A model generated the notes under the pieces. It was given only the letters and a program-made list of their open reading frames with translations. It searched no databases and had not been told where the DNA came from. Of a DNA stretch of 64,000 nucleotides, positions 1-9,033 are shown in pieces. The position numbers and the translations under genes were made by a program. Numbering within the stretch: the first letter of the stretch is position 1; every line of letters starts with the position of its first letter. The DNA is from Bacillota bacterium (lineage in GTDB: Bacteria > Bacillota > UBA5301): positions 6,007 to 70,006 of the forward strand of contig JACDOJ010000004.1 in the NCBI GenBank assembly GCA_017656135.1, in the 5' to 3' direction.

Positions 1-59
1 TTGGACAGGATTGTATTAGCTTTTTTGCGATAGATTAAATAGATTAATATTAATAGGAT

Positions 60-89
60 TTGCCAAGTTATTCTAGAATGAGATAGAAT
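60..89 (+). promoter_or_regulatory. Candidate sigma-A type promoter for the mrp operon (TTGCCA, 18 nt spacer, TAGAAT)
   Basis: TTGCCA at 60-65 and TAGAAT at 84-89 lie in the AT-rich leader upstream of the ATG at 112. This is a motif match only. Confidence 0.3.
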
Positions 90-111
90 ATTTTAAAAAA
101 GACAAGGATGG

Positions 112-2427
112 ATGAAGTTGCTGTTCGCTCTCGTACTGGCCCCCTTTGTCCTGGCGGCGCTGGTACCGGTTGTACGAAAAGTCGCAGGACCACGCATAGG
201 ACTATACACACTACCCTTACCGATTCTATTATTTGTCTATCTGCTCTCAAAAACGGCAGAAATAAGTCAGGGTAAAGTCATCGAATCTGCCTGGGAGTGG
301 GTGCCTTCCTTGGGCCTTTCCTTTGCCCTGCGTCTTGATGGGTGGTCTCTTCTTTTTACCCTCCTGGTAACTGGTATAGGTTCGCTGGTTCTCCTTTATT
401 CCCATTTTTACTTGGGACCCGACGAGGATTTGACCAAGTTTTACCTTTATCTCCTAAGCTTTATGGGTTCTATGCTGGGTGTTGTACTTTCAGCCAACCT
501 GCTTTTGACTTATGTGTTTTGGGAGCTCACCAGCTTTACTTCGTTCTTGCTTATTGGGTTTTGGTCGTTCCGGGAGCAGTCCAGGTACGGAGCACAGAAA
601 GCATTGCTTATCACAGCCTTTGGCGGTTTTGTCATGCTGGCGGGGTTTGCACTGATATATTTGGTGACCGGCAGCCTCAATATAGAGACAGTCCTGGCCA
701 ACAAGGGAAAAATCCTCTCTAGCCCTTATTACCCGTATATCCTTCTCTTGATACTAGTAGGGGCATTTACCAAGTCCGCACAGGTGCCATTCCATATCTG
801 GCTACCTAATGCGATGGAGGCTCCCACGCCAATTAGCGCTTTTCTACATTCGGCGACTATGGTTAAGGCCGGCCTGTATTTGGTGGGGCGGTTACTACCC
901 ATCCTGGGCGGAACCGAACTCTGGTTCCATACTGTTACCCTGGTCGGAGCAGCAACAATGGTTACCGGAGCATTATTAGCCGTCAAGCAGGATGACCTCA
1001 AAGCTCTCCTAGCTTACTCAACCATTAGCCAGTTAGGTTTGATCATGTTGCTTTTCGGTATCGGCACACCTTTTTCAACTGCGGCTGCGGTTTTTCATCT
1101 CTTTAATCATGCCGCTTTTAAGGGAGCCCTTTTCATGGTGGTAGGTATCATCGATCATGAAACTGGTACCCGGGATATCAACCTGCTGGGAGGACTTGCC
1201 AAAAAAATGCCTCTCAGCGCCGTTATCACCGGCCTGACTGCCTTTTCCATGGCCGGAGTTCCGCCTTTGGCTGGCTTTCTGAGCAAAGAACTTTTCTACG
1301 AAGCTACTCTAGAGACGGGAACCATGGGTCTTGTATCAGCCTCGCTTCCCTGGATTGCCGTAGGTGCCAGCGTTTTTACCTTTATTTATTCTGCCCTTCT
1401 GGTCCTGTTCGTCTTCTTCGGTAAGCAAAGGGGCGAGACTCCCAAACACCCCCATGAGGCACCAGGTTTGATGCTCGTGGGGCCAGGTTTGCTGGCAGCA
1501 ATAACTGTCATAGTCGGACTTTGGCCGGATTTATTCGGTGGCTCTTTGATCAACCCTGCTGTGACTACTATTACCGGCAAGGCTTATGACGTCCATTATC
1601 ACCTGTGGCACGGCATCACCACACCACTGCTTATGAGTAGCATAACTGTTGCTTTGGGTGCCTTGGGCTATACCTTGGTCGGCCGGATCCGCGCTTGGTT
1701 TAAATCCGTTAGAGCTAGGGTGACTCCGAATTATTTCTACGATCAGGGTTTACGTCTCATGATTGCCGGTTCCCGCAAGTTGACCAGCAGGTATATGACT
1801 GGACTCCTCAGAGATTATATCGTGTATATCTTGGCTACCCTGGTCACTCTGGTTGGCTACACTTACCTGATCAAGGCTGGAGGAGCCCGGACGTTGCAGT
1901 TGGCCCGGATCAATCCTTATGAACTGATTATGACCGGGCTCCTTGTTGCTGCGGCGCTCATCGTCATCAGGACCCATTCCCGGATGGTTGGAGTCCTTGC
2001 TTTAGGAGTCGTAGGCTTTTTGGTTTCCACTCTCTGGGTTGTTTTCAGGGCGCCTGATTTAGCTTTAACCCAGCTGATTGTTGAGACCATCGGGTTAATC
2101 CTGTTTTTGTTGGTCTTCCAGTATCTGCCCAGCCTTTCCCGGAGCACAGAACCTCCGGGGAAAAAGGCCGTAAACCTGGCCATTTCGGCGGCGGTGGGTA
2201 TACTCATGGCCGTCCTGACTATTACTGCTCTTGGTACGCGCTTATACGAACCAATCTCCGCCTTTTATGTGGATAACAGCTTAAAACTGGGTGGTGGCCG
2301 CAACATTGTCAACGTAATCTTGGTTGATTTCCGCGGTCTTGATACCATGGGAGAGATAACGGTTTTAGGAGTTGCGGCTATGGGTGTATTTGCTTTGATT
2401 AAGTTAAAGGGGAAGAATATGCAATGA
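112..2427 (+). CDS. mrpA: Na+/H+ antiporter subunit A (MrpA/MnhA, NuoL-like with C-terminal MnhB-like extension)
   Basis: 771-aa polytopic protein with NuoL/ND5-type motifs (WEL.S..SFLLIGFW, KSAQVPFHIWLP.AMEAPTP.SA.LHSATMV.AG). It is the first of seven co-oriented overlapping genes in the A-G order typical of Mrp. Confidence 0.9.
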   Translation: MKLLFALVLAPFVLAALVPVVRKVAGPRIGLYTLPLPILLFVYLLSKTAEISQGKVIESAWEWVPSLGLSFALRLDGWSLLFTLLVTGIGSLVLLYSHFYLGPDEDLTKFYLYLLSFMGSMLGVVLSANLLLTYVFWELTSFTSFLLIGFWSFREQSRYGAQKALLITAFGGFVMLAGFALIYLVTGSLNIETVLANKGKILSSPYYPYILLLILVGAFTKSAQVPFHIWLPNAMEAPTPISAFLHSATMVKAGLYLVGRLLPILGGTELWFHTVTLVGAATMVTGALLAVKQDDLKALLAYSTISQLGLIMLLFGIGTPFSTAAAVFHLFNHAAFKGALFMVVGIIDHETGTRDINLLGGLAKKMPLSAVITGLTAFSMAGVPPLAGFLSKELFYEATLETGTMGLVSASLPWIAVGASVFTFIYSALLVLFVFFGKQRGETPKHPHEAPGLMLVGPGLLAAITVIVGLWPDLFGGSLINPAVTTITGKAYDVHYHLWHGITTPLLMSSITVALGALGYTLVGRIRAWFKSVRARVTPNYFYDQGLRLMIAGSRKLTSRYMTGLLRDYIVYILATLVTLVGYTYLIKAGGARTLQLARINPYELIMTGLLVAAALIVIRTHSRMVGVLALGVVGFLVSTLWVVFRAPDLALTQLIVETIGLILFLLVFQYLPSLSRSTEPPGKKAVNLAISAAVGILMAVLTITALGTRLYEPISAFYVDNSLKLGGGRNIVNVILVDFRGLDTMGEITVLGVAAMGVFALIKLKGKNMQ

Positions 2428-2837
2428 AATCGTTCATCCTAGAAACTGTTTCAAAGGTTGTTCTGTTCGTAATTTTAATTTTCTCCTTTTACCTGCTGTT
2501 GCGGGGACATAACGCACCCGGTGGCGGTTTTATCGCCGGCTTGATGACCTCGGCGACTTTTATCCTACTGTATCTGGCTCTTGGCCCTGGCGCCCGGAAA
2601 CAAATCTTACCCCTAAACTTTCGGGCTTTTATTCCGGTGGGGCTCCTCATCTCCGCCCTGACCGGACTCGTTCCTTTGGCTGGGGGCAAACCTTTCTTGA
2701 CCAGCGCCTTCGGATATGCGGATCTTCCGGTCTTCGGGGAGATAGAGTGGGCTACTGCAATGCTGTTCGATTTTGGGGTGTATCTGGTGGTAGTAGGGGT
2801 TACTATGAGCATTATTTCAGTGCTAGGGGAGGAGTAA
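2424..2837 (+). CDS. mrpB: Na+/H+ antiporter subunit B (MrpB/MnhB)
   Basis: 137-aa membrane protein with the RGHNAPGGGFIAGL motif typical of the MnhB domain. Its start overlaps the mrpA stop (ATGA). Confidence 0.85.
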   Translation: MKSFILETVSKVVLFVILIFSFYLLLRGHNAPGGGFIAGLMTSATFILLYLALGPGARKQILPLNFRAFIPVGLLISALTGLVPLAGGKPFLTSAFGYADLPVFGEIEWATAMLFDFGVYLVVVGVTMSIISVLGEE

Positions 2838-2838
2838 A

Positions 2839-3183
2839 GTGGAAGTCTTGATGGCTCTGGTAATCGGGTTTTTATTTAGTGGCGGCACCTACCTGCTGCT
2901 CCAACGCCGGTTGATCCAGGTGATTTTCGGTACCTCCCTGATATCTCACGGGTCCTTGTTGCTCGTCCTGACTTTGGGCAGGTTGAAGACCGGGCGCCCT
3001 CCGGTGTTGATTGAGGGCTACTCAGGGCCGTATGTTGACCCGCTCCCCCAGGCGCTGAATTTAACAGCAATTGTGATTGGTTTTGCGACTACGGCTTTTA
3101 TCCTGGTCCTGGCGTCCAAGGTTTACCAGGAGTACGAAACTGACGACTTAGAGGAACTGCGGGGCGTTGACGGTGATGAATAA
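2839..3183 (+). CDS. mrpC: Na+/H+ antiporter subunit C (MrpC/MnhC, NuoK-like)
   Basis: 114-aa protein with three TM segments, NuoK-like, in the expected position in the operon. Confidence 0.85.
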   Translation: MEVLMALVIGFLFSGGTYLLLQRRLIQVIFGTSLISHGSLLLVLTLGRLKTGRPPVLIEGYSGPYVDPLPQALNLTAIVIGFATTAFILVLASKVYQEYETDDLEELRGVDGDE

Positions 3184-4651
3184 TCTACTGATCTTACCGG
3201 TTGTCTTACCTCTACTGGGGGCAATTGCAATTTTTCTTACCCGGGGAAGGATTCAGCTGCATAGGGCTATCGCTATAGTAACTGTCTTGACCATGCTCTT
3301 ATTCAGTATTATCCTCCTTGGCTATGTCAAGGAAGGGGCAATCCCCGTTTTCAGCGCCGGCGATTGGGAGATCCCTTACGGCATAGTCTTTGCTGCGGAT
3401 ATATTCAGCGCCCTTATGTTGACAGTAGCTTCTATAGTAGCCACGGCGGTACTGCTTTTTTCCTTTAAGACCATGGACGAGGCCAGGGAAAAATATGGCT
3501 ATTACGCATTTTTTCTACTGGTGATGATGGGGGTAAACGGTTCTTTCCTTACTGGAGATATTTTCAATTTATATGTCTTCTTTGAGATCATGCTCATTTG
3601 TTCCTACATCCTGCTCTCATTAGGTAGCGGCAAAGAACAATTGCGGGAGTCTTTCAAGTTTATGGTCATCAACATGCTTTCCTCAACCCTGTTCTTAGTT
3701 GGAGTAGCTTTCTTATACGGTGTAACCGGCACCTTAAACTTGGCCGACCTTGCGGTCAAGGTTCAGGCGGCCCAGGGTGAGGGGTTTATCACAGTCATCG
3801 CCGTACTCTTTCTGGTTGTTTTTGGGACAAAAGCTGCCATTTTCCCCTTATACTTCTGGTTGCCGGATTCCTACAGGGTACCGCATCCGGCTGTTAGCGC
3901 CCTCTTCGGTGGACTGTTGACCAAGGTAGGGGTGTACGTCTTGTACCGCATTTTTACCCTGGTCTTTATAACCGACCCTGGTTACACTCATACCCTGCTC
4001 CTGGTGGTCGCTGCCGCCACAATGGTTTTGGGGATTATCGGAGCTGTTTTCCAAATGGACATGCGCAAGCTGTTATCTTACCATATAATTAGCCAGATCG
4101 GGTACATGATAATGGGACTGGGGATATTTACTTCTTCCTCCCTGGCAGCCGGGGTGCTGTTTATCATCCACAATATTCTGGTGAAGGGGGCTCTGTTTCT
4201 GGTGGCCGGTACTGTAAAGCATTTGACTGGCACTGAAAACCTTAAGGAGCTTGGAGGCCTGTTGCAGGTATATCCCTGGTTGGGAATAATTTTCTTCTTT
4301 GCTGGAATTTCCCTGGCAGGAGCCCCACCATTCAGTGGGTTTTTTGCTAAGTATAGCTTGATGCTGGCAGGCCTGGAGAGCGGCAGGTATGTTATTGTTG
4401 CTGTCAGTTTGGGGGTCAGTATCTTAACCTTGTTTTCCATGATGAAGATCTTCCAGTACGCCTTCTGGGGTGCCGCTCAGGATTGGTATGAGCAGAAGAG
4501 TTATGGGCACCTGGTGGCTCCCGCAGCTGTCCTGGTGGTCTTATCTGTGGCCATGGGGCTGGGAGCACAGTGGATGTACGAATTATCCGCTGCCGCCGGG
4601 AGTCAACTGCTGGATCCCAGCATCTACATTAAAGCTGTGTTAGGGGCGTAG
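3167..4651 (+). CDS. mrpD: Na+/H+ antiporter subunit D (MrpD/MnhD, NuoM/N-like)
   Basis: 494-aa polytopic protein with a NuoM/N-like core (FFEIMLI, KAAIFPLYFWLPDSY..P.PAVSALF.GLLTKVG). Confidence 0.9.
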   Translation: MTVMNNLLILPVVLPLLGAIAIFLTRGRIQLHRAIAIVTVLTMLLFSIILLGYVKEGAIPVFSAGDWEIPYGIVFAADIFSALMLTVASIVATAVLLFSFKTMDEAREKYGYYAFFLLVMMGVNGSFLTGDIFNLYVFFEIMLICSYILLSLGSGKEQLRESFKFMVINMLSSTLFLVGVAFLYGVTGTLNLADLAVKVQAAQGEGFITVIAVLFLVVFGTKAAIFPLYFWLPDSYRVPHPAVSALFGGLLTKVGVYVLYRIFTLVFITDPGYTHTLLLVVAAATMVLGIIGAVFQMDMRKLLSYHIISQIGYMIMGLGIFTSSSLAAGVLFIIHNILVKGALFLVAGTVKHLTGTENLKELGGLLQVYPWLGIIFFFAGISLAGAPPFSGFFAKYSLMLAGLESGRYVIVAVSLGVSILTLFSMMKIFQYAFWGAAQDWYEQKSYGHLVAPAAVLVVLSVAMGLGAQWMYELSAAAGSQLLDPSIYIKAVLGA

Positions 4652-4654
4652 CCG

Positions 4655-5149
4655 ATGTTTGTTCGTCAAGTTCTCCTCAATATCTTTCTGGCCTTCGTTT
4701 GGATGCTCTTGCAAAACTCATTCAATACTGCAAACTTTCTGGCCGGTTATGTTATCGGGGCCATTGTGCTCTACGTCTTTCGCCGGGGGTTTCCTGGAGG
4801 AGTAATTTACCTCTCCCGGTTCAAGGCTGTTTTAGAACTGCTCATCGTCTTCCTCTGGGAATTGCTCAAGGCCAGTTTTACTGTGGCCGCAATGGCCCTT
4901 TCCCGGAAAATCGACATCTGTCCCGGGATTGTGTCTGTACCCACAGAGCTCCAGTCTGAGCTGGCAGTTGTGCTTTTGGCCAATTTGATTACTTTGACTC
5001 CTGGGACTCTCACTGTGGATATTGCCCCGGACAGGTCTCAGCTTTATGTGCATGTCCTTAATATCACCGGTTCTGAGGAGGAAGTTCGTCGGGAGATCAA
5101 AGATAAGTTTGAGAAGCGAATTTTAAAGATTGTTGGAGGTCGGAAGTGA
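4655..5149 (+). CDS. mrpE: Na+/H+ antiporter subunit E (MrpE/MnhE)
   Basis: 164 aa with size, position and hydrophobic N-terminal half typical of MnhE (TLTPGTL.VD motif). Confidence 0.8.
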   Translation: MFVRQVLLNIFLAFVWMLLQNSFNTANFLAGYVIGAIVLYVFRRGFPGGVIYLSRFKAVLELLIVFLWELLKASFTVAAMALSRKIDICPGIVSVPTELQSELAVVLLANLITLTPGTLTVDIAPDRSQLYVHVLNITGSEEEVRREIKDKFEKRILKIVGGRK

Positions 5150-5427
5150 TGCTCCTGCCCACCGTCACCAACCTGGCACTCTTCACCATCACCATTTCTA
5201 TGGCTCTTTGTCTTTGGCGGCTCATTGTCGGACCCAGTTTTCCGGATCGGGTGGCAGCCAGCGATACCATCAGCACCAATATTGTGGCTTTGCTGATTGT
5301 GCTGAGTATTAAGTTTACCACCCAAGACTATTTTGACGCAGTTTTGGTCATTGCCATTTTAGGTTTTTTAAGCAGTGTGGCCTTGGCCAAGTTCTTGATA
5401 GGGGGGTCAGTCTTTGACCGGGATTAG
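5146..5427 (+). CDS. mrpF: Na+/H+ antiporter subunit F (MrpF/MnhF)
   Basis: 93-aa protein with three TM segments and an RL..GPS..DR..A.D motif. Its start overlaps the mrpE stop. Confidence 0.8.
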   Translation: MMLLPTVTNLALFTITISMALCLWRLIVGPSFPDRVAASDTISTNIVALLIVLSIKFTTQDYFDAVLVIAILGFLSSVALAKFLIGGSVFDRD

Positions 5428-5797
5428 CTTGAGCGAGCTCTTAACTAGCTTTTTCATCCTCTTTGGCCTCTTTTTTGTCCTCACCGGGTCCATCGGCCTG
5501 ATTCGGTTTCCGGATGTGTACACTCGGTTGCATGCGCCTACAAAAAGCGCAACTCTGGGAGTGTTCGGGATTCTGATCGCCTCCATCATTCACCAGGCCT
5601 CCCACGGTTTTCTGGGCATCAAGGAAATTTTAACTACCGTCTTCCTGTTTTTGACGGCACCGGTGGGGGCCCATATGATCGCCCGGGCAGCTTACTTGAC
5701 CGGGGTACAGCCTGCTCAGCAGTCTACAACCTGTGAGTTTTTCTATATCCTTAGGCAGAAGGAAGAAGACAAACAGGATGCAGACCAGAATTTATAA
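5414..5797 (+). CDS. mrpG: Na+/H+ antiporter subunit G (MrpG/MnhG)
   Basis: 127 aa with the G.IGL.RFPD.YTRLHA..K..TLG motif typical of MnhG. It is the last gene of the operon. Confidence 0.8.
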   Translation: MTGISLSELLTSFFILFGLFFVLTGSIGLIRFPDVYTRLHAPTKSATLGVFGILIASIIHQASHGFLGIKEILTTVFLFLTAPVGAHMIARAAYLTGVQPAQQSTTCEFFYILRQKEEDKQDADQNL

Positions 5798-6872
5798 AGT
5801 GGATCCTTGGGCTCCTGATCCCATAGTAATCGAGGAAGCAGCCGGCCTCTTGGCCTCTGGGGAGGTTGTCGCCTTTCCCACCGAAACCGTCTACGGCCTG
5901 GGGGCCAACGGCCTGGATTCACGGGCCGTGAAAAAGATTTTCGCTGCCAAAGGACGGCCTGCCGATAACCCTTTGATCCTACACATCGCCGAGCCCGAAA
6001 CCCTACATGAAATCGTGGCAGATATCCCTGAGCGGGCCCAGATCCTCATCCGGCGGTTTTGGCCGGGGCCGCTCACCATGGTTCTGCCTAAGAAACCGGA
6101 GATTCCTTCCGAAGTTACCGCCGGCCTCTCCACAGTCGCGGTGCGGATGCCTGCTCACCCTGTGGCCAAGGCGTTAATCGCAGCGGCCGGAGTCCCGGTG
6201 GCAGCCCCCAGCGCCAACATCTCCGGGCGGCCCAGTCCCACCAGGGCGGAGCACGTCTGGGAGGACCTGGCGGGTAAAATCGCAGCGGTGGTCGACGGAG
6301 GCCAGTGTGGAATCGGCCTGGAATCTACCGTCATCGACCTCTCCGGAGAGGTTCCTTACCTGCTCAGACCGGGAGGGATCACCTTGGAGCAGTTGGAGGC
6401 GGTCCTCGGCCGCGTGGAAGTGGCGGGAGAGGTGGCTGCCTCCCAGACTCCCAAAGCTCCCGGCATGAAGTACCGGCACTATGCCCCGAAAGCGCCGCTG
6501 TGGATTGTGAACGCTGAAACCACGACCCAAACCCTATCCCTCCTGAACCGGCTGGTAGAAGAGGACTTGGCTAGAAATGAGAAGGTGGCGGTCATTGCCT
6601 CAGCTGAGACCGTGGCTGCACTGGAAGAGAAGGCTAGACCAGGCCTGATCCTAAGAAGCCTGGGTAGCCGCAATGAACCGGCAGTTGCGGCTCAAAACCT
6701 CTTTGCGATTTTGCGGGAGGTGGACAAGGCGGGCGCCGATGTCATCTACGCTGAGGCTGTGGGCACCGCTGGAATCGGCGCTGCGGTGATGAACAGGCTC
6801 TACAAAGCCGCCGGCGGCCGGGTGATTAACCCTGATCCAGAGCCTTCTGAGCGGCCAGGGAGAGCAAAATGA
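5778..6872 (+). CDS. tsaC: L-threonylcarbamoyladenylate synthase (TsaC/Sua5/YwlC family, long form)
   Basis: YrdC-domain motifs are present (VAFPTETVYGLGAN, KGRP..NPLILH, APSAN.SGRPSPT) plus a C-terminal Sua5 domain. The start was moved to the ATG at 5778 (MQTRIYKV), which is preceded by GGAAGAAG. Confidence 0.9.
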   Translation: MQTRIYKVDPWAPDPIVIEEAAGLLASGEVVAFPTETVYGLGANGLDSRAVKKIFAAKGRPADNPLILHIAEPETLHEIVADIPERAQILIRRFWPGPLTMVLPKKPEIPSEVTAGLSTVAVRMPAHPVAKALIAAAGVPVAAPSANISGRPSPTRAEHVWEDLAGKIAAVVDGGQCGIGLESTVIDLSGEVPYLLRPGGITLEQLEAVLGRVEVAGEVAASQTPKAPGMKYRHYAPKAPLWIVNAETTTQTLSLLNRLVEEDLARNEKVAVIASAETVAALEEKARPGLILRSLGSRNEPAVAAQNLFAILREVDKAGADVIYAEAVGTAGIGAAVMNRLYKAAGGRVINPDPEPSERPGRAK

Positions 6873-9033
6873 AGGTAGGGTAGATCATCAGGGTTGCCGC
6901 TGCCACTACTCCTGAATCATTGACCAAAAGAACAACCACTGCCGCTGTGAAGGCGGTCCAAAACCCCCGGATGATGCGGGGGTTTTTGTCTTTGACCTTT
7001 TTGGGTAGGCCCTTGGGGCGCCAGAAGATCAGGGCTAAACCAAAGATGAAGGAGAGCAGCCCGTCGGCCCAGACCGTGTAGTGCATGAGCTTCCAGTTCA
7101 TGGCCAGCTTCCGGCTGAAGACCTCCCAGGCGCCGTTCAGCCCTTGGGAACCGATCTGGAAGACAAAGCGGCCCAGGTGAGAGAGGTTTTCTGGGTTGAG
7201 GTACAGATCCCAGAAAGCAAAGGCTGAAAGGGCCAAGAGGACGGCCAAGGGCAGGTAAACCAGGTGCCTCAGACGCACTTTCTTTGCCCTGCCCAAAAAG
7301 AGCCAGGTTATGCTGCTGGCGGTTAACCCAATGGTCCCCCCTACATTAGCTCCCCACCAGGGAGATCCCAACACCACCAGGACTACCAAGGAAAAAAGCA
7401 TCCCCCATCTCCAGGCCGATCTGCCGATGTGCTCCCAAAGAGCGGCCCAACCCATAAAGAAACTCCCGATCAGCACCCCCATGTACTCATTACCGATCCC
7501 GTAGAACCGGGCGCCGCCGATAGGGTCATAGCCCAGGAGGGAGCCGGCCGCCAAGCCCCAACCCGCCAAGACATCAACCACCAAAAGCAGGCTTGTTAGC
7601 AGGGATACCAGGGCAAAGACCGGGATGATCGCAAAACCCCTGACCAGAATGAGGCCCATGACCGGCGGTAGAGCAAAGAGCGCCAGAGTGTAGAGCCACC
7701 CCTGAGGCGGCAGACCTGCAATGGCCAGGAGCAGCAGGGGAGGAAAGGTTTCCGCCAGACAAAGGGCGGAGTACAGCTTACTGGCCGTCCGCTTAGACCT
7801 GGAGGGGAGTTTCTGCCACAAGAGCAAGAGCACCCCGAGAAAGACCACCGCGATTTGAGAGATGACGTAGGCTTTGAGAAAAGGTGCCCGGTAGCTGTTG
7901 ATCTTGACCCACCGCTCGCTTGCGGCCGAGAGGTAGCCCAGTTTATCTGCAGGTCCGCCAGTGGAACGGGCCGGTGCTCCGTAAGCTCCAGGAGCTCGCA
8001 GATTCCAGGCGGAAAGCAGGGTGGGCAGAAGGTCGGTGTTGGTGATGAGCCCGGCCTTTCTAGTGGTGGGGCTTATTAGGAAACCTCCGGATAGAAACTT
8101 CCCCCACGTAACCAGGAAGGTCAGAGGGCTCTCGCTTCTGTACGCGTCCTTACTGGGATAGGCGGAAACCAGCCAAAACTGGACCGATCCAATCGCTCCT
8201 TCACCTAACTGTCTCAGGAAACCGTCGATCTCGCCAAGTAGCCGCCTGCGCCACTCCACTACGGCCTGGGGAGACATCAGGTCACTCTCCTCATACAGAC
8301 GAAGGAGGTCCCCGGTTTCGAGGAAAATTAGGTGGTGTTCAGGGAGTGCCTTCAGGGTGAGCCTGGTCAACTTCTCGTAGTCGGTTCGCAGGCCTCCAGG
8401 GAAGGTCGGGTCGGAGATTAAAGGTGCAGTGTAGCTGGCTTCAGGCACTACACCCTCTGGCCGCATTAATAGCAGCGAAGCCGGCCGGTGGACCCCCGCC
8501 GTGCTGTCTCCGGCTCCGATGAGGATTGACTTGAGCCCTGCTTCCTGCAAAACTTTGCCTAAAAGCTCTAGCTCAACCCGGTGCTTCAGTCGAGAGGTGG
8601 TCCTGATAATGGCGCCGATGTAGGGGGTGAAGGCGGGCTCTACTGGGCCGGTACGCTCCGAGAGCGCTCGGTTCGGGAGGTAGCGCCGGAAGAGGTCGGC
8701 GGCCGGGCCTTCAGAGGTAGGTTCGCTCAATTGGTAAAAGAGGCGCGCCTCAGCCGGCACCTTAGCCCGGGCGCCACTGGCTAAACTGGCATAGCAGTTC
8801 TCTGGGGAGTAAGCGGCGGCGGTACGGGAGTTCAAAAGGGCGATGCTGGCTTTGGGCAAGACCGCCTTTTTCAAGTAGGGGAGATCGGCAGCCTCTAAAT
8901 CTTCGATGCTTACCCCGCCGATGAGGACGACAATCTGTTTTAACTCTCCAGCCAGGTTTAAAGCAACCTCCGCCCGACTAAGACCGGAGTAGAGCCAAAT
9001 AATGACCAGAACCCACACGAAGGCCTTTTTCAT
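6826..9033 (-). CDS. Large membrane protein of unknown function: signal peptide, ~400-aa extracytoplasmic domain and a C-terminal polytopic domain
   Basis: The likely start is MKKAFVWVLVIIW at 9033, which overlaps the stop of the upstream glycosyltransferase (ATGA-type coupling). The C-terminal half carries about 10 hydrophobic segments. I do not recognise a family. Confidence 0.6.
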   Translation of the reverse strand: MKKAFVWVLVIIWLYSGLSRAEVALNLAGELKQIVVLIGGVSIEDLEAADLPYLKKAVLPKASIALLNSRTAAAYSPENCYASLASGARAKVPAEARLFYQLSEPTSEGPAADLFRRYLPNRALSERTGPVEPAFTPYIGAIIRTTSRLKHRVELELLGKVLQEAGLKSILIGAGDSTAGVHRPASLLLMRPEGVVPEASYTAPLISDPTFPGGLRTDYEKLTRLTLKALPEHHLIFLETGDLLRLYEESDLMSPQAVVEWRRRLLGEIDGFLRQLGEGAIGSVQFWLVSAYPSKDAYRSESPLTFLVTWGKFLSGGFLISPTTRKAGLITNTDLLPTLLSAWNLRAPGAYGAPARSTGGPADKLGYLSAASERWVKINSYRAPFLKAYVISQIAVVFLGVLLLLWQKLPSRSKRTASKLYSALCLAETFPPLLLLAIAGLPPQGWLYTLALFALPPVMGLILVRGFAIIPVFALVSLLTSLLLVVDVLAGWGLAAGSLLGYDPIGGARFYGIGNEYMGVLIGSFFMGWAALWEHIGRSAWRWGMLFSLVVLVVLGSPWWGANVGGTIGLTASSITWLFLGRAKKVRLRHLVYLPLAVLLALSAFAFWDLYLNPENLSHLGRFVFQIGSQGLNGAWEVFSRKLAMNWKLMHYTVWADGLLSFIFGLALIFWRPKGLPKKVKDKNPRIIRGFWTAFTAAVVVLLVNDSGVVAAATLMIYPTFILLSLAAQKALDQG

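Noticed and set aside
5733-5777. Upstream extension of tsaC
   Set aside because: It overlaps the mrpG 3' end. The conserved YrdC-domain N-terminus begins at the ATG at 5778.
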